DNA from: Octopus sinensis
Lineage: Eukaryota
DNA: 64,000 nt
NCBI RefSeq assembly: GCF_006345805.1
Contig: NC_043008.1
Location: 20,522,001-20,586,000, forward strand
Reading direction: 5' to 3'
Positions 13,619 through 25,890 of this stretch are shown here, piece after piece. Position 1 is the stretch's first letter, and each line of letters starts with the position of its first letter. The translations under genes and the position numbers were made by a program. A model generated the notes under the pieces. It searched no databases, was not told the DNA's origin, and saw only the letters and a program-made list of their open reading frames with translations.

Positions 13619-13633
13619 TAATAATAATAATAA

Positions 13634-13946
13634 CCGATGGAAAATGTGGCATCTCAAGGCGACTATAGTATTGTAGGATCTCTAGGAATGATAAAAAAAA
13701 AGGTGCTGAAACCAGGCTTACCATCCGTACAGGCAGTCCAAAAAATCCTGTTAACTGGAACGACTCATGTACTGAGTAGAGCATTATCGCTGTAAAAACA
13801 ACATCCATTCATGATTTTTTTTAAATACAAATTTTACCAGTGAATTTTCGTGTGAAATGTGGGAATGCATACAATGAGCTTCTCTGCCCTAGGTTTACGG
13901 AAAACACTCGGCGGGAAATGGGGGAAAATTGAAGAAAGAAGGAAAA
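13634..13946 (+). mobile_element. Short R4/Dong-like 3' fragment
   Basis: Manual translation KMWHLKAT / IVGSLGMIKK..PGLPSVQAVQKILLTGTTHVLSRALSL* (stop at 13793-13795), homologous to the RLE C-termini at 4624 and 13121. (AAT)n on both sides. Confidence 0.8.
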
Positions 13947-13979
13947 AATAATAATAATAATTTTGGCAACAACAACAAT

Positions 13980-14175
13980 AATGGTTTCAAATTTTGGCAG
14001 AGGGTCAATAAACTGGGTTGGGGTAGGGCATAAGTCGATTACACAGACCCATTGTGCAACTGGTACTTAAGCTATCGACCCAGAACGATGACAGGCAAAT
14101 TTGACCTCGGCAGAATTTGAACTCAGAATGAGAAGTCCGTCGAAATGCTGCAAAACATTTTGCTCGGTGTGCTAA
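13980..14175 (-). mobile_element. Nin/Deu-like SINE
   Basis: AACTGGTACTTA...GGCAAATTTGACCTCGGCAGAATTTGAACTCAGAA; reverse complement of the family consensus. Confidence 0.8.
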
Positions 14176-14840
14176 ACATTCTACCAGTAATTAGCAAATG
14201 TATTTCATATTCGGTTGAACGTCATACAAAAATAACGTCATATTTGATTATGTTTATTTGCAATACGATTTTGAATCTTGCCCAGGTCCGATTGGTTTTT
14301 AATTATAACGTCGATTATATAGGCATTGTAATCGATATTTCTTAGAAAAAAAAACATCGGAACAGGATCACTAAATCGACTGAATTAGCTTCACTATATT
14401 TAGTGTACCAATCCCATACAGAAAGAATTTTAAAAAAAACAATGACTTTAGCTTTTAAACGCAACAAAGTATTCAGTACTGCTTCTTCGCGATATTTTTC
14501 TATACCGGGATCTTAAAAGGATATGACTAAAATATTGATTAAATTGCTTTCAATTCATTAATGCTATGTATTATGAAATCCCGTGTTAACCGCAGCGAAC
14601 TGGCAGAATCGATAGCGAGTCAGACAAACTGGTTATCGAATTTCTTTCGTTTAGCATTCTGAGTTCAAATTAGGACTTTGTATTTTTTTTTTTATTCTTT
14701 CGGGGCCGATAAAACAGCACTGTTTGAATTTTGGGGTTGATCTAATTAATTTATTCTCTCTTCTAAAATTGCCGGCCTTGAACCAAAATTTGAGACCGCT
14801 ATTAAGTCCGTAATGTTAAATAACAAGTATGCTTTAAAAA

Positions 14841-15070
14841 TGCGGCGAGCTGGCAGAAGCGTTAGCACACCGGGCGAAATGCTTAGCAGTATTTCGTCTG
14901 TCGTTACGTTCTGAGTTCAAAATCCGCCGAGGTCGACTTTGCCTTTCATCTTTCCGGAGTCGATAAATAAAGTACCAGTTTTGCACTGGGATCGATGTAA
15001 TCGATTTAATCCCGTTGTCTGTCCTTGTTTGTCCCCTCTATATTTAGCCCCTTGTGGGCAATAAAGAAAT
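14841..15070 (+). mobile_element. Nin/Deu-like SINE, full length (a diverged copy precedes it at 14590-14790)
   Basis: GCGGCGAGCTGGCAGAAGCGTTAGC head through the TGTGGGCAATAAAGAAAT tail. Confidence 0.9.
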
Positions 15071-15789
15071 AAATCACAGATATGCTAAGTTTTGAACTCA
15101 GTCTGACAAGATACATAACAATGCACCACACTGCATTTAATATCTCGTGATATCGTTTCAGCTATTCCAACACTCTTTGTTGAGGTAATTATTGTTTGAG
15201 TTTCAAACATTATCGATTTGCTACTTTCGGTATCAAACTAAATCTAAAGATACTTTAGTTCGGTTAAACCGCTAATGCTTAACAAAGTGGCATTAACGTC
15301 TCTATTCTTATATTTCCTACAACTTAAGCCAAACGTCTTTGAGTGTATTCAGAAATAGACCAGCACCATAAACTGATTACTGCAAGAGATAAGCGCAAGG
15401 AAATTAGGGGACGGCGAAAGGGTTTCAATTTCTTGTGATTGCCTTTTCAAAAATAACTGGAATTTACGTTCCAAGTTTCAATATCACCGTAGTCAATCTT
15501 TGCTTTCAGCAACATGGTCGGATCGATAAATTAAGAACTGATTAAGTACTGGAGTTTATATTATCGTATATATTCGCTGCAAACAATACTTTTTTAAAAA
15601 ATGGTAGGTAGAGAAAATAGAGCTTTGGATATAATCTATTACAGTATTTTTGTCACTGTGGTTTCAGTTCTATGCTCATATGATTCAATGTATTCAGTGA
15701 TTTTTATTTCACAAGCTTGAAGTTATAAATTGCTATTACAGGGACATTTTTCAATTTGAGATCTTAGTGAATCACAAATAAGAATAAAT

Positions 15790-16213
15790 AGGCGTAGGAG
15801 TGGATGTGTGGTAAGTAGCGTGCTTACGAACCACCTTCATCTGGGTTCAGTCCCACTGCGTGGAACCTTGGGCAAGTGTCTTCTACTATAGTCTCGGGCC
15901 GACCAAAGCCTTGTGAGTGGATTTGGTAGACGGAAACTGAAAGAAATCCGTCGTATATATGTATATATATATGTGTGTGTGTGTGGGTGTGTGTGTGTGT
16001 GTTTGTTTGTGTGTCTATTTGTAGCCTCAACATCTCTTGACAACCAATGCTGGTGGGTTTACGTCCCCGTAACTTAGCGGTTCGGCAAAAGAGCCCGATA
16101 GAATAAGTACTAGGCTTACAAAGAATAAGTCCTGGGGTCGATTTCTTCGACTAAAGGCGGTGCTACAGCATGGCCATAGTCAAATGACTGAAACAAGTAA
16201 AAAGAGTAAAATA
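15790..16213 (+). mobile_element. CORE-like tRNA SINE, full length
   Basis: Near-identical to 589-1050 with a shorter internal (TA)(TG) tract at 15953-16017. Confidence 0.9.
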
Positions 16214-17152
16214 GTAAGAATACAAATAACGTAGTGCCTATGACCTATGCTACGTCTCTTTTGTATAACAATGCCTCTCTGTATTATAAGCAGAAAGCAA
16301 TGAGGATCTTGAGAAATCAGCAGAATAACAAAGCACTGGAAGAATGTTAGTTAGATAGGAGGCAATGAAGCGACAAATACTTTCAGGGAACCTGAATAGG
16401 CTGGCATCATTTTATTTAGCGTCTAAACAGATGAATAGTTGCTTCTTATACACAGTGTAAGATAAGTGAATCTCGGTGACGTTCGGAGAGAAAAGAGAGC
16501 TGTGTATTAAAGATGGATATCTTGCGATTAACTGGGAAATGAGAGGATTCCATTGTAACCCAAATATAGCCTCGACTATTGGAAAGATTATTCCGATAAA
16601 TATTTATTTAGTTTATCCATTAAGAATTACTGGAACTACGAATGAACTAACAATGAGCGAAAGACGGTAAACTATTTCTAGAATATAGTACAAAAAGAAA
16701 ATAATGATCGCCGTTAATTTATACAAGCATGTGTTTTAATTAAATTTGGATTGTATAGCAGGCCATTCGCAAAATCCTAATTAAAGATTTTAAACACTTT
16801 GTTATTAAAGTAAATTTTCATTAAGAATATATTCAGCATATTTTCCGGAAATTTTATCAATTTTTCAAATCTAGGCAAAATAACGATGGTATTCGTTATG
16901 CAAATTTTTTTTCATTAATTAAATAAAGCTGTGTCTACTTACAAAGAGTCACCATTGTATTGGAAAAGAGATGATTCAATTGAATAACTCGAAGTACAAC
17001 ACACACACACACACATGCATTCAAACATACGCACGCACTCACAAACACACATGCACACACACACATATATTGCGACAAAGCTCTGAAAAGGGAGAAAGAG
17101 AAAATGAAACGAAGCTTTATCACGCTACAACTTCATTTCTATCTTTCTACCA

Positions 17153-17473
17153 CACGTAGAAAGACAGTAAGACCTGTAGATGTGTGTGTGTGTACATGTG
17201 TATGTGTATGTATGTGTGTGTACGTGTGCATATGTGTGTGTACGTGTGTGTATGTTTAAACACGTAGAAAGACAGCAAGACATGTAGATGTGTGTGTGTG
17301 CATGTGTGTGTGTATGTATGTGTGTGTACGTGTGCATATGTGTGTGTACGTGTGTGTATGTTTAAACACGTAGAAAGACAGTAAGACATGTAGATGTGTG
17401 TGTGTGCATGTGTATGTGTATATATGTGTGTGTACGTGTGCATATGTGTGTGTACGTGTGTGTATGTTTAAAC
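17153..17473. repeat. Minisatellite: three tandem ~107 bp units
   Basis: Unit starts CACGTAGAAAGACAG at 17153, 17261 and 17367; each unit ends TATGTTTAAA. Confidence 0.9.
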
Positions 17474-17619
17474 GCGTGTGCGTATTATACTTAAAGCTAT
17501 TCAATAATAATACTAATCCATTCTACCAGAAGCACAAGAACTGAAATATTCTGGGGAGGGCACTGGTGAATTAGATTGAGTCTATGGTGCGCGACTGGTA
17601 CTTATTGTATTGATCTTGA

Positions 17620-17896
17620 TAAAATTTGGCTACAGAAAAGCGACGGCTGTCGAGGGTTTCTAAAAAAAAAAAAGAAATTCCAGTTGTTATAGGGGTCCCA
17701 AGGTGCGGTCACCAACTGACTTAAGAGCCTGCTTATAAGGAATGGTATAACTACGAGAATTGCATGAATTCAGGAATCACGTCTATCGAGAACAGCAGGG
17801 ATCGTAAGTAATGTCCCCGGTATCTAAGGAAACTGGTTGTAACCCGGTATCAAGGGCACCGTTTCCCAATGTAAAACATTCGTGATCACCATGAAG
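17620..17896 (+). mobile_element. Degenerate R4/Dong-like 3' fragment
   Basis: Manual translation LATEKRRLSRVS..EIPVVIG / GAVTN*LKSLLIRNGI..IQESRLSRTAGIVSNVPGI*, homologous to the RLE C-terminus. The 3'UTR is followed by (AAT/AAC)n. Confidence 0.7.
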
Positions 17897-18071
17897 AATA
17901 ATAATAACAACAACAACAACAACAATAACAATAATAATAATAATTATAATAATAATTGCTCTCTCGCGCAATAAAAATAATAAAACAACAATAAGAATTA
18001 TTATTATTATTATTATTATTGTTGTTGTTGTTGTTGTTGCTGTTGTTGTTGTTATTATTTTTGTTGTTGTT

Positions 18072-18106
<35 letters not shown>

Positions 18107-18128
18107 TATTATTATTATTATTATTATT

Positions 18129-18592
18129 GCTTTTTACTTCTGATCTCCATGTTTGTTACAATCACTTGCCGAGACACACACAGCTGCCAGGGGCGAGAGA
18201 AGGATAAACGCTGCTACATTATAACTAAAAGCTTGGGGAGGGGAAGTAGTAAAATACCTTCGTGTAACACAACACGGACATTTAAATGGAAACGGTTTTT
18301 TTAAGTATGTGAGCAGTACGTGTCAGTACAATCATTTGGATTTCTCTGAGACATGGTTCTCCTGGGATCTTATCTGGACGTTTATGACACCCCGTTTTTA
18401 TCATACTTTGGGCACCTATAATAACAGGAACAGTTCTCACATTATAATGCCACATATTTTGTTTTTCAATTTCCCAGTCCTTATATTCATTTATTCAAAT
18501 TCGTTTACATACATATTTGTTTCAGTGGCAACACAGGCATCTATTAATCTACAAGTATTTTCTTCCTTGTCTTTTATGTGTCAGGTCGATTA
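18129..18592 (-). mobile_element. Degenerate R4/Dong-like RLE fragment + 3'UTR
   Basis: Minus strand reads NRPD / CRLIDACVA..NEFE / YKDWEIEKQNMWHYNVRTVPVIIGAQSMIK..KIPGEPCLREIQMIVLTRTAHILKKTVSI* (stop at 18282-18284). (AAT)n on both sides. Confidence 0.82.
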
Positions 18593-18904
18593 TATTTATT
18601 ATTATTATTATACAGGAAAGGAGGGAGAGAGATGGAGAGAGAGAGAGAGAAATATGTCTGCAAGTGCATTAGTTTTCGCGTTTCTGAATAAAAGCCAATA
18701 TACTTACAGATAATTCGTAGTTATATAAAGAAATTATGTCGATAACGTAAATCCTATATCTTTGGGAGAAAATGCAATGGAGTACAGATTAGATTCCGAA
18801 AAATCATGGAATTATTCAAAATATGTGTAAAGAGAATAACATCGTATGGGGAGGATTATCAAAAAAGATTAACTCTCAAAAGTAGTATATGGTAAAAAAA
18901 AAAA

Positions 18905-19290
18905 AAAGAAGGAAAGAGATGTTTGGACATTGAAGTCAATGACTACACGTACTTGATTCATCGTTCCACAACTCGGATATATTAAGAGGCAAGAGATTCA
19001 AAGATCGATTCGATAACAAATAATAAGTCTAAAATAACAGAAACACCGTCTGAAAAAAGTATTTGGAGGCTGAATGAAGAATACTGATAATCTACATCGG
19101 TCGATATCCGCCAACAAAACATGCAAGGCTCTGAACAAACTTTTTTAAAATGACTTTTAAAAAATCTAAATAAATCATCATCTTTCTGTTTCAAAACAAA
19201 ATGCTAGTAAACTGTTTCAACAACGGTGAAATCTATTAAATATAATACATCCCTTAAAAAAACGAGCTACTAAACTCAGTTGGAAATAGG
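18905..19290 (+). pseudogene. Highly decayed Penelope-like GIY-YIG endonuclease remnant
   Basis: Frameshifted pieces GKRCL..., YI..QE/FKDRFDN, SIWRLNEE and KK..III..L.N..EI resemble the recalled PLE motif G.CL...VY....YIG.T...FK.R..NH..S..IW.LK. Many stops. Confidence 0.4.
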
Positions 19291-21014
19291 ATCAGGTTCT
19301 TATAGGACTCTATTCTATACGAATGAGTGCTGAAATGTTCTTGGCTTTGGGTTAAAGAAAATACCAGAGGACCAGTTAATTGTGATTTTATTCAATATAC
19401 CAAGTATTCCATCACTTATTGCAGTAGTCCTTCAGTTTTTATAAACTGTGTAAAAGAACTCGGAAGGTTGGACCTCCAGCCAAGCTTTTCGATATACCCA
19501 TAAAGCCAGGAAATTTTCAGCGACTTGTAGTTTCCTTTAAGCTTCCATGTTAGTGTTATAAATAATACATTTTTGTTGTGACATGTAATATCTCCATGAT
19601 TTTCTGCAGAAGATAAATTCAGCTACAGTAAATTTATATTCATGTACACAAACATTCATATTATTGACTAGGAGTGTTTAGTTCGTTACAAATAGCCTTC
19701 ACTAGCCATACTTGTCTAGACATATAGTATTAAAAATTCTCTGGAACGTTATGTATAACCGTAGAATGAAGAAGAAAAGAAAATCATAAAAATAATAATG
19801 CGACTGAAATAATATCGTACGTAGCTACTTACATGGGAAATGTGCAATACACAATTAAGAAGCAACATCTTCATCCGATGTTGTTTATTGCAAAGCATTG
19901 TAGAATATCCACTTCATGTTTTCTAAATGGCAAACAACAATACACGTGTAAAGATGTGTAAGTCTGTTAAGGAGGTATTATTGTATTTAACGCTATTGTT
20001 AATATATTGGGGTTTTTTTTTCCTTATCAGAGCAAACGACCAATCTACCACTTCATTGGTAAACTACGAATAAACTGAAAAGTGGAAATTGCTTGTGCCG
20101 TTGGCTCAAATATTATATTCCATTGTATGCAACGTATTTGTATTGAACACATGCTTCAGAAAATTTGATTAGCGCTCACGCTGTTTAACGGCTAGGCAGA
20201 AATTTTTCGTAATAAATGCCTTGCTTTTTATTTAATATAATCCTTTTCCTCTGTGTCGCAAATCTATTACCGTTGACTTCTTTTTCTTCTTTCTAAGATT
20301 CATAAAAAAACAGTAAATATAAAATTCTTGAGATCGGTTTCTTTCCCAACGTCAAAACATATCTCTTTAAATAAGCCCGTTTTTATTTGTATGAAAATGT
20401 AAACGGCATTTACTACAAAACTGCGTTTTCTCATTGAAGCTGCTTCACTTTTAATTTCCTTTGTGTCATTTATACCCACGCAAATATATGCAGGGTGTTT
20501 CTTAGGAAACTTGCGAAAATAAAATGAACCTACAGTATTGAGACAAAATTAATAATGCTTATATAATTGTAGACACCTCATAATCAGCTGTCACTTTCCT
20601 CGCAGAGTTTTTAAGCATTCCGAGCATTATACAACGTATGCAAGGGAGATATTTAACTGCTATTGTTATCAACAAAGACAGTAAAACGTGAAGACATTCG
20701 CGAGAGGAATTAATATCGAATCTTTAAAATTCAATATTCAGTGCATTAAACGGTTTTAGTGTTGGTCATCTTCAGAAAAAATTTATAATTTGAGGCCCGT
20801 GTTGAGGGACAAACATCTGCCTCATCGATCGATCTGCTACTCGAGGTAGCCAAATTCCTTTTATTGTGTAATATTTAAAACACGTCAGGCCGTAGATTGG
20901 TTAACGCAATAGCTGTCACTGTTAACAACCTTTTCAGAAATTCTCCAGGCATTTCAGAGATGTATATGTGTTTTGTGATGCAAAGATGGCAGATAAAACT
21001 TTACTGGGTTTTTT

Positions 21015-21373
21015 TTTCTAGTTTCAGCTCAGAGCTGCGGCCATGCTGATGCACCGCCGTTTTATGCATTCATAAATAATATATTTTTTTTTAAAACTGC
21101 GACCAGCTTTCAATGTGGTGGCCTATTCTTTTACTTGTTTCACTCACTGTACTTCGGTCATACTGGAACACCACCTTTTGGGTTTTAGTCAAACAAATTG
21201 ACCCCAGGGCCTATTTATTAGTACTTATTCATCGATATCCCTTGCTGAACCGCTAACCTATGGAGACGTAAGCACGTCAACCCCGGTTGTCAATCTGTGA
21301 TGAGTGAACAAACACTGACACAAAGATACACACATACATACACACACACACACACATACACATATATATATAT

Positions 21374-21411
<38 letters not shown>

Positions 21412-21416
21412 GTCCG

Positions 21417-21452
<36 letters not shown>

Positions 21453-21560
21453 ACAGCAGACTTCTTTCAGTTTCCTTCTACAGAATCAACTCACAAGGCT
21501 ATAGTAGTAGATACTTGCCAAACGTGCCACGCGTTGGGACTAAACCCGGAACCATATGGC
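21015..21560 (-). mobile_element. CORE-like tRNA SINE pieces with internal microsatellite
   Basis: 3' halves at 21015-21060 and 21135-21320, (CA)(TA)n at 21330-21450, head part at 21455-21558. Confidence 0.75.
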
Positions 21561-21564
21561 AATG

Positions 21565-21744
21565 ATGTATTTCTAAATCTCTCGGAGGGATTTGTGCAGT
21601 AGCAGCACGATAAACGGTGTTTCCTAGGGCTAAATAACAGTAGCATTCTTCCCTTTGATGGGACTGTCACATTAAGTTGACAACATGGTATCACTTTATC
21701 GTGCCGCAACTGCATAAATCTCTCAGAGAGATTTAGAAATATAT
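21565..21744. mobile_element. Fold-back/MITE-like element with ~48 bp imperfect TIRs
   Basis: TATTTCTAAATCTCTCGGAGGGATTTGTGCAGT.GC.GCACGATAAA is inverted relative to TTTATCGTGCCGCAACTGCATAAATCTCTCAGAGAGATTTAGAAATA. Confidence 0.8.
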
Positions 21745-21839
21745 TAATTCTATTTTCAAAAATCAGTGAATGTATTTCACTTGAAATATATATGCTTTCA
21801 AAGACGGATGGGCATCGACAGCCAGCAGGTCATGCTACT

Positions 21840-21880
21840 CCACACTGATGAGGAGCAAGAACACTGAAACTAGTCTCTGG
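21840..21880 (+). ncRNA. Decayed minimal type I hammerhead ribozyme
   Basis: CCACA-CTGATGA-GGAGcaagaaCACT-GAA-ACTAGT-C/TCTGG: intact core, palindromic stem III, one mismatch each in stems I and II. Confidence 0.6.
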
Positions 21881-23035
21881 TTGCTGGCTTTGCTGGGTAG
21901 AGGCGCTTGTCTCTAATTGGACTCATAAAAAAGACAGGAAATGCGTCAAGTCCAACAGGAAACGCGTCAAGTCCAACAGGAAACAGTTGCATTTTTCCTT
22001 TTATCAGACTGTCACAATAAGTTGACAACATCTTATCACATTACCGGAACCTTATGGTTGTGAAACAAGCTTCTTACCACGGCCACTCCCGCCCCTATAC
22101 AAAAATATTTTTATGGGAAAATTTATTATTTTGGTCGGCATTTATGTGAATAGGGAAAAATCTAATATTCTGTATTGAGAATGCATCAGGTCAGCTGCAG
22201 TACTTTTGAAATCACTCCTATACAAAATGGAACATTCTTGAGTATAACACGCAAGCCTTATGTGAAAAATTTAGACATGAAATACAACTGACTTTGTGCA
22301 CACGGTCACATATCCAGCTTTCAAATATAATATCATACAACTTCATTAAAATCATTTGAGCCATTCGACATGTTTTGTCCACTAAAGATTTATGTTTTTT
22401 GAGGAATATTAACTAGTTTTAGAATTGTAGAATGTTATCACTAATTCATGTATATATTGGATTCGAAGTATAATTAGCTAATTTGAATATTCAAATATGT
22501 ATTTAACTTGTTCCTATTGTAAATTATACTGCATAGCCCAAGTCCTTGCAAACACCAAGTTTAAGTCAGTGAAGGGTTGCTTACATAATTTGTGTTATCT
22601 CATTTGTACATACTAACGAGCTCCAATTGTTCATTATCCAATCTTCCCTACGTTTGGGGAGGCAGAAATATTTTACAATTTTCGAGGGTTTGCTGTAGAA
22701 AACGCAATAAATAACGTATTTCATTTGTTTATAAACTGAAAAGATCATGGCACCCATTCTGCATTTTAGTTAATTTATACACAAAGAGGATAAAATGAAC
22801 AGGATTTAAATCAGTGAAATGACAATGTTTAACCAAATTGCATTTCAATGCAGGTTACCCATGGTTTTGAAAGAGGTTTAAATCAAATTAACGACAGAAA
22901 ACTTTATGCAATATGCATAATTTTACAAGTATTCATAAATACAAAATGTATGCATATCTAATCTCCGCCATTTATAATAAATATGACTGAATTTGTCGAA
23001 CTTATTTCTATAACGTAAATCATATACTTAATATC

Positions 23036-23036
<1 letters not shown>

Positions 23037-23125
<89 letters not shown>
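23037..23125. repeat. (TG)n microsatellite
   Basis: About 44 pure TG units. Confidence 0.97.
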
Positions 23126-23126
<1 letters not shown>

Positions 23127-23378
23127 TGCCTATTCCAGCCTCAAGGGGAAAATCATTAAAACCCAGGACAAACAACTTGTATCTTTTGGGCTATTAAATC
23201 CCGCTCTGGTTAACTATGTCTTCCATCATTTGAACATATAAAAGGAGATACCAGTCAAGTGGAGGTGATTCTAGTTTTGAGTATTACAGTCAGAATCGAT
23301 TATGCTATGCTTTCGGAATGTCACACACAAGATTTACGGGAACCAATGTAATCTCTTTTCAACTCCTATTTTACAAAC

Positions 23379-23450
23379 TTGGTAAAACATGGCTCCCGTG
23401 GACCGACACAGCTGCAGTACGACACGAAGGTGTTGAAGATATCAAATTAT
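23379..23450 (-). CDS. Candidate 72-nt internal exon (xNLISSTPSCRTAAVSVHGSHVLPx)
   Basis: Acceptor ATCCTATCCTACAG|, donor |GTTTGT, open in phase 1-1 and locally GC-rich. The phase is compatible with the 9448-9536 exon. No homology recognised. Confidence 0.3.
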
Positions 23451-23581
23451 CTGTAGGATAGGATTCCGGAAAATTCGATTGTCTGCTTGAGAGAGTATGT
23501 GTGTGTGTGTGTGTATGTATTTAGTCAATGTGCATTTTCACGTAGAAATATAGAATTATACGCAAGAATATTTTGGCTTTT

Positions 23582-23818
23582 GAAAATGCAGCTAAATGTC
23601 AAAACGTGTAGTCGTTTTTAAATTGTTAAATAGATTTAACCTATTGGGATTCTGATGCATTTTCGAACCCCTGAACAAATTCTATATTTGTTTTGGAGTT
23701 TGAGAATGCAACATAGAATTTATTTTAAGGTTTGAAAATGCACCTGATTCTTAAAAATTTTAATCTATTTAAAAACTTTAAAAATGTTTACATGTTTTGA
23801 GATTCAGATGCGTTTTCC
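23582..23818. mobile_element. Imperfect ~240 bp fold-back (MITE-like)
   Basis: 23582-23690 is an imperfect inverted copy of 23710-23818, e.g. GATTCTGATGCATTTTCGAACCCCTGAACAAATTCTAT vs ATAGAATTTATTTTAAGGTTTGAAAATGCACCTGATTC. Confidence 0.7.
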
Positions 23819-25384
23819 CTAACACAAGATAAATTCTCCGATATAATTTTATATATATACAAGATGACTCTCGGCTCTTTAATGGAGTACGATTTTTTCA
23901 GTGGCAACAGTAACAAATTTGTTAAAGCTACCTACATATAACTCACAAGTTATGCATGAAAAGAATTCTATGTATTCTAAATTAGTGACTTCAGTGATAT
24001 TTACAGTTTAATTATTGTTATTTACAAGCAGAATAAATAAATGGAAAATAACTATAAAAAAATGGATAAATAAATAGTGTTTATGTAAAAATTTGATTCA
24101 GAAACATTGCTAGCGTCAAATTTCTTACAGTTGAGATAATTATAAAAGAGTTAGAGATAATCTATAAGTTATCTGACCAGAAATTCCTTTTTAGTGTAGC
24201 AGAATTTTGCCAAACTTTTCCGCACAGACGACATAAAACGCTCGATTTATCTCCAAAGGCTGATACAAATTGACATAGTGACATTTTATGTACCTATTCA
24301 GTCTAGATTCGCCACTGTAAATTTTATTAGAAACAACGCAAGTTAGTTCAACCATATATGTATAAGTGTATATATATATATATATATATACGCATATGCA
24401 TATTTTTGTACGTAGTTTTATATATACATGTATAATTTATACGTCTGTCTATATGGATATATGACTGATACTTAGACAAGCATTTACAAGTGTCCGTGTG
24501 ATGTTGTTTACATCTTTGTAAAAGTACGTATGAACTCTGGTCTGAGAAATAAGGCAAATTTTAGAACTAATGAAATAGATCCGAACAATACGAACAACGG
24601 CGTATTCTTTGAATCGGATAATCAACATCATTTCAATAGTTGGTGTGAACACATCTAAAAACTACATGATATGTGGAATAAAAAGACATTAAGACCAAAG
24701 ATTTCTCTGTAACTAATACTATAGAATTTCTTTGGCAAGTTTATTGACAGCTCAGAGCTTATGTACGTGTGTATACATATACGTCTGTATACATAGACAC
24801 ATACATATATAAATACGTACGTATGTACATACATCTATGCATTCATACGTACACGCAGACATAAGTACATATATGCACACATGCATACATATATATACAT
24901 GCCTAAATATATACATACGTACATACATGTATACATACATACACACATACATACATACTTACATACAAACATACATACATACATACAAACATACATACAT
25001 ACATACATACAAACATACATAAATACTTACATGCATATATGTTACGTCTTAAAACCTTTCGAGTGTTCAGAGATCACTTTTAGGATATTGAGATGGCTTT
25101 TGCCCGCAATGGCAGTTAACTTTTCCTCAACAACAACTTTAATATTTTTGCTCACAAACGCCGTTCACTGCTCACTAATAAAGCAAGCTGTTCCTGAAAA
25201 AACACCCTATATATATATATATATATACATACAATAGGATATTGTAGCGATAAATTAATATTATGATATATTAAATACGTTATAATATTGGTCGCTAAAC
25301 TAATTAAAGACCCCAAAGATGGAATACATAAATAAGGGTGCAAAATAGCACATACAATTGCTACAAATAAAGACTATAAGATAA

Positions 25385-25890
<506 letters not shown>

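Noticed and set aside
20745-20785. Minus-strand CTGAAGATGACC...AAAACCGTT as a hammerhead
   Set aside because: Stem II does not close, GAAA is altered and stem I is unsupported; at best a heavily decayed relic.
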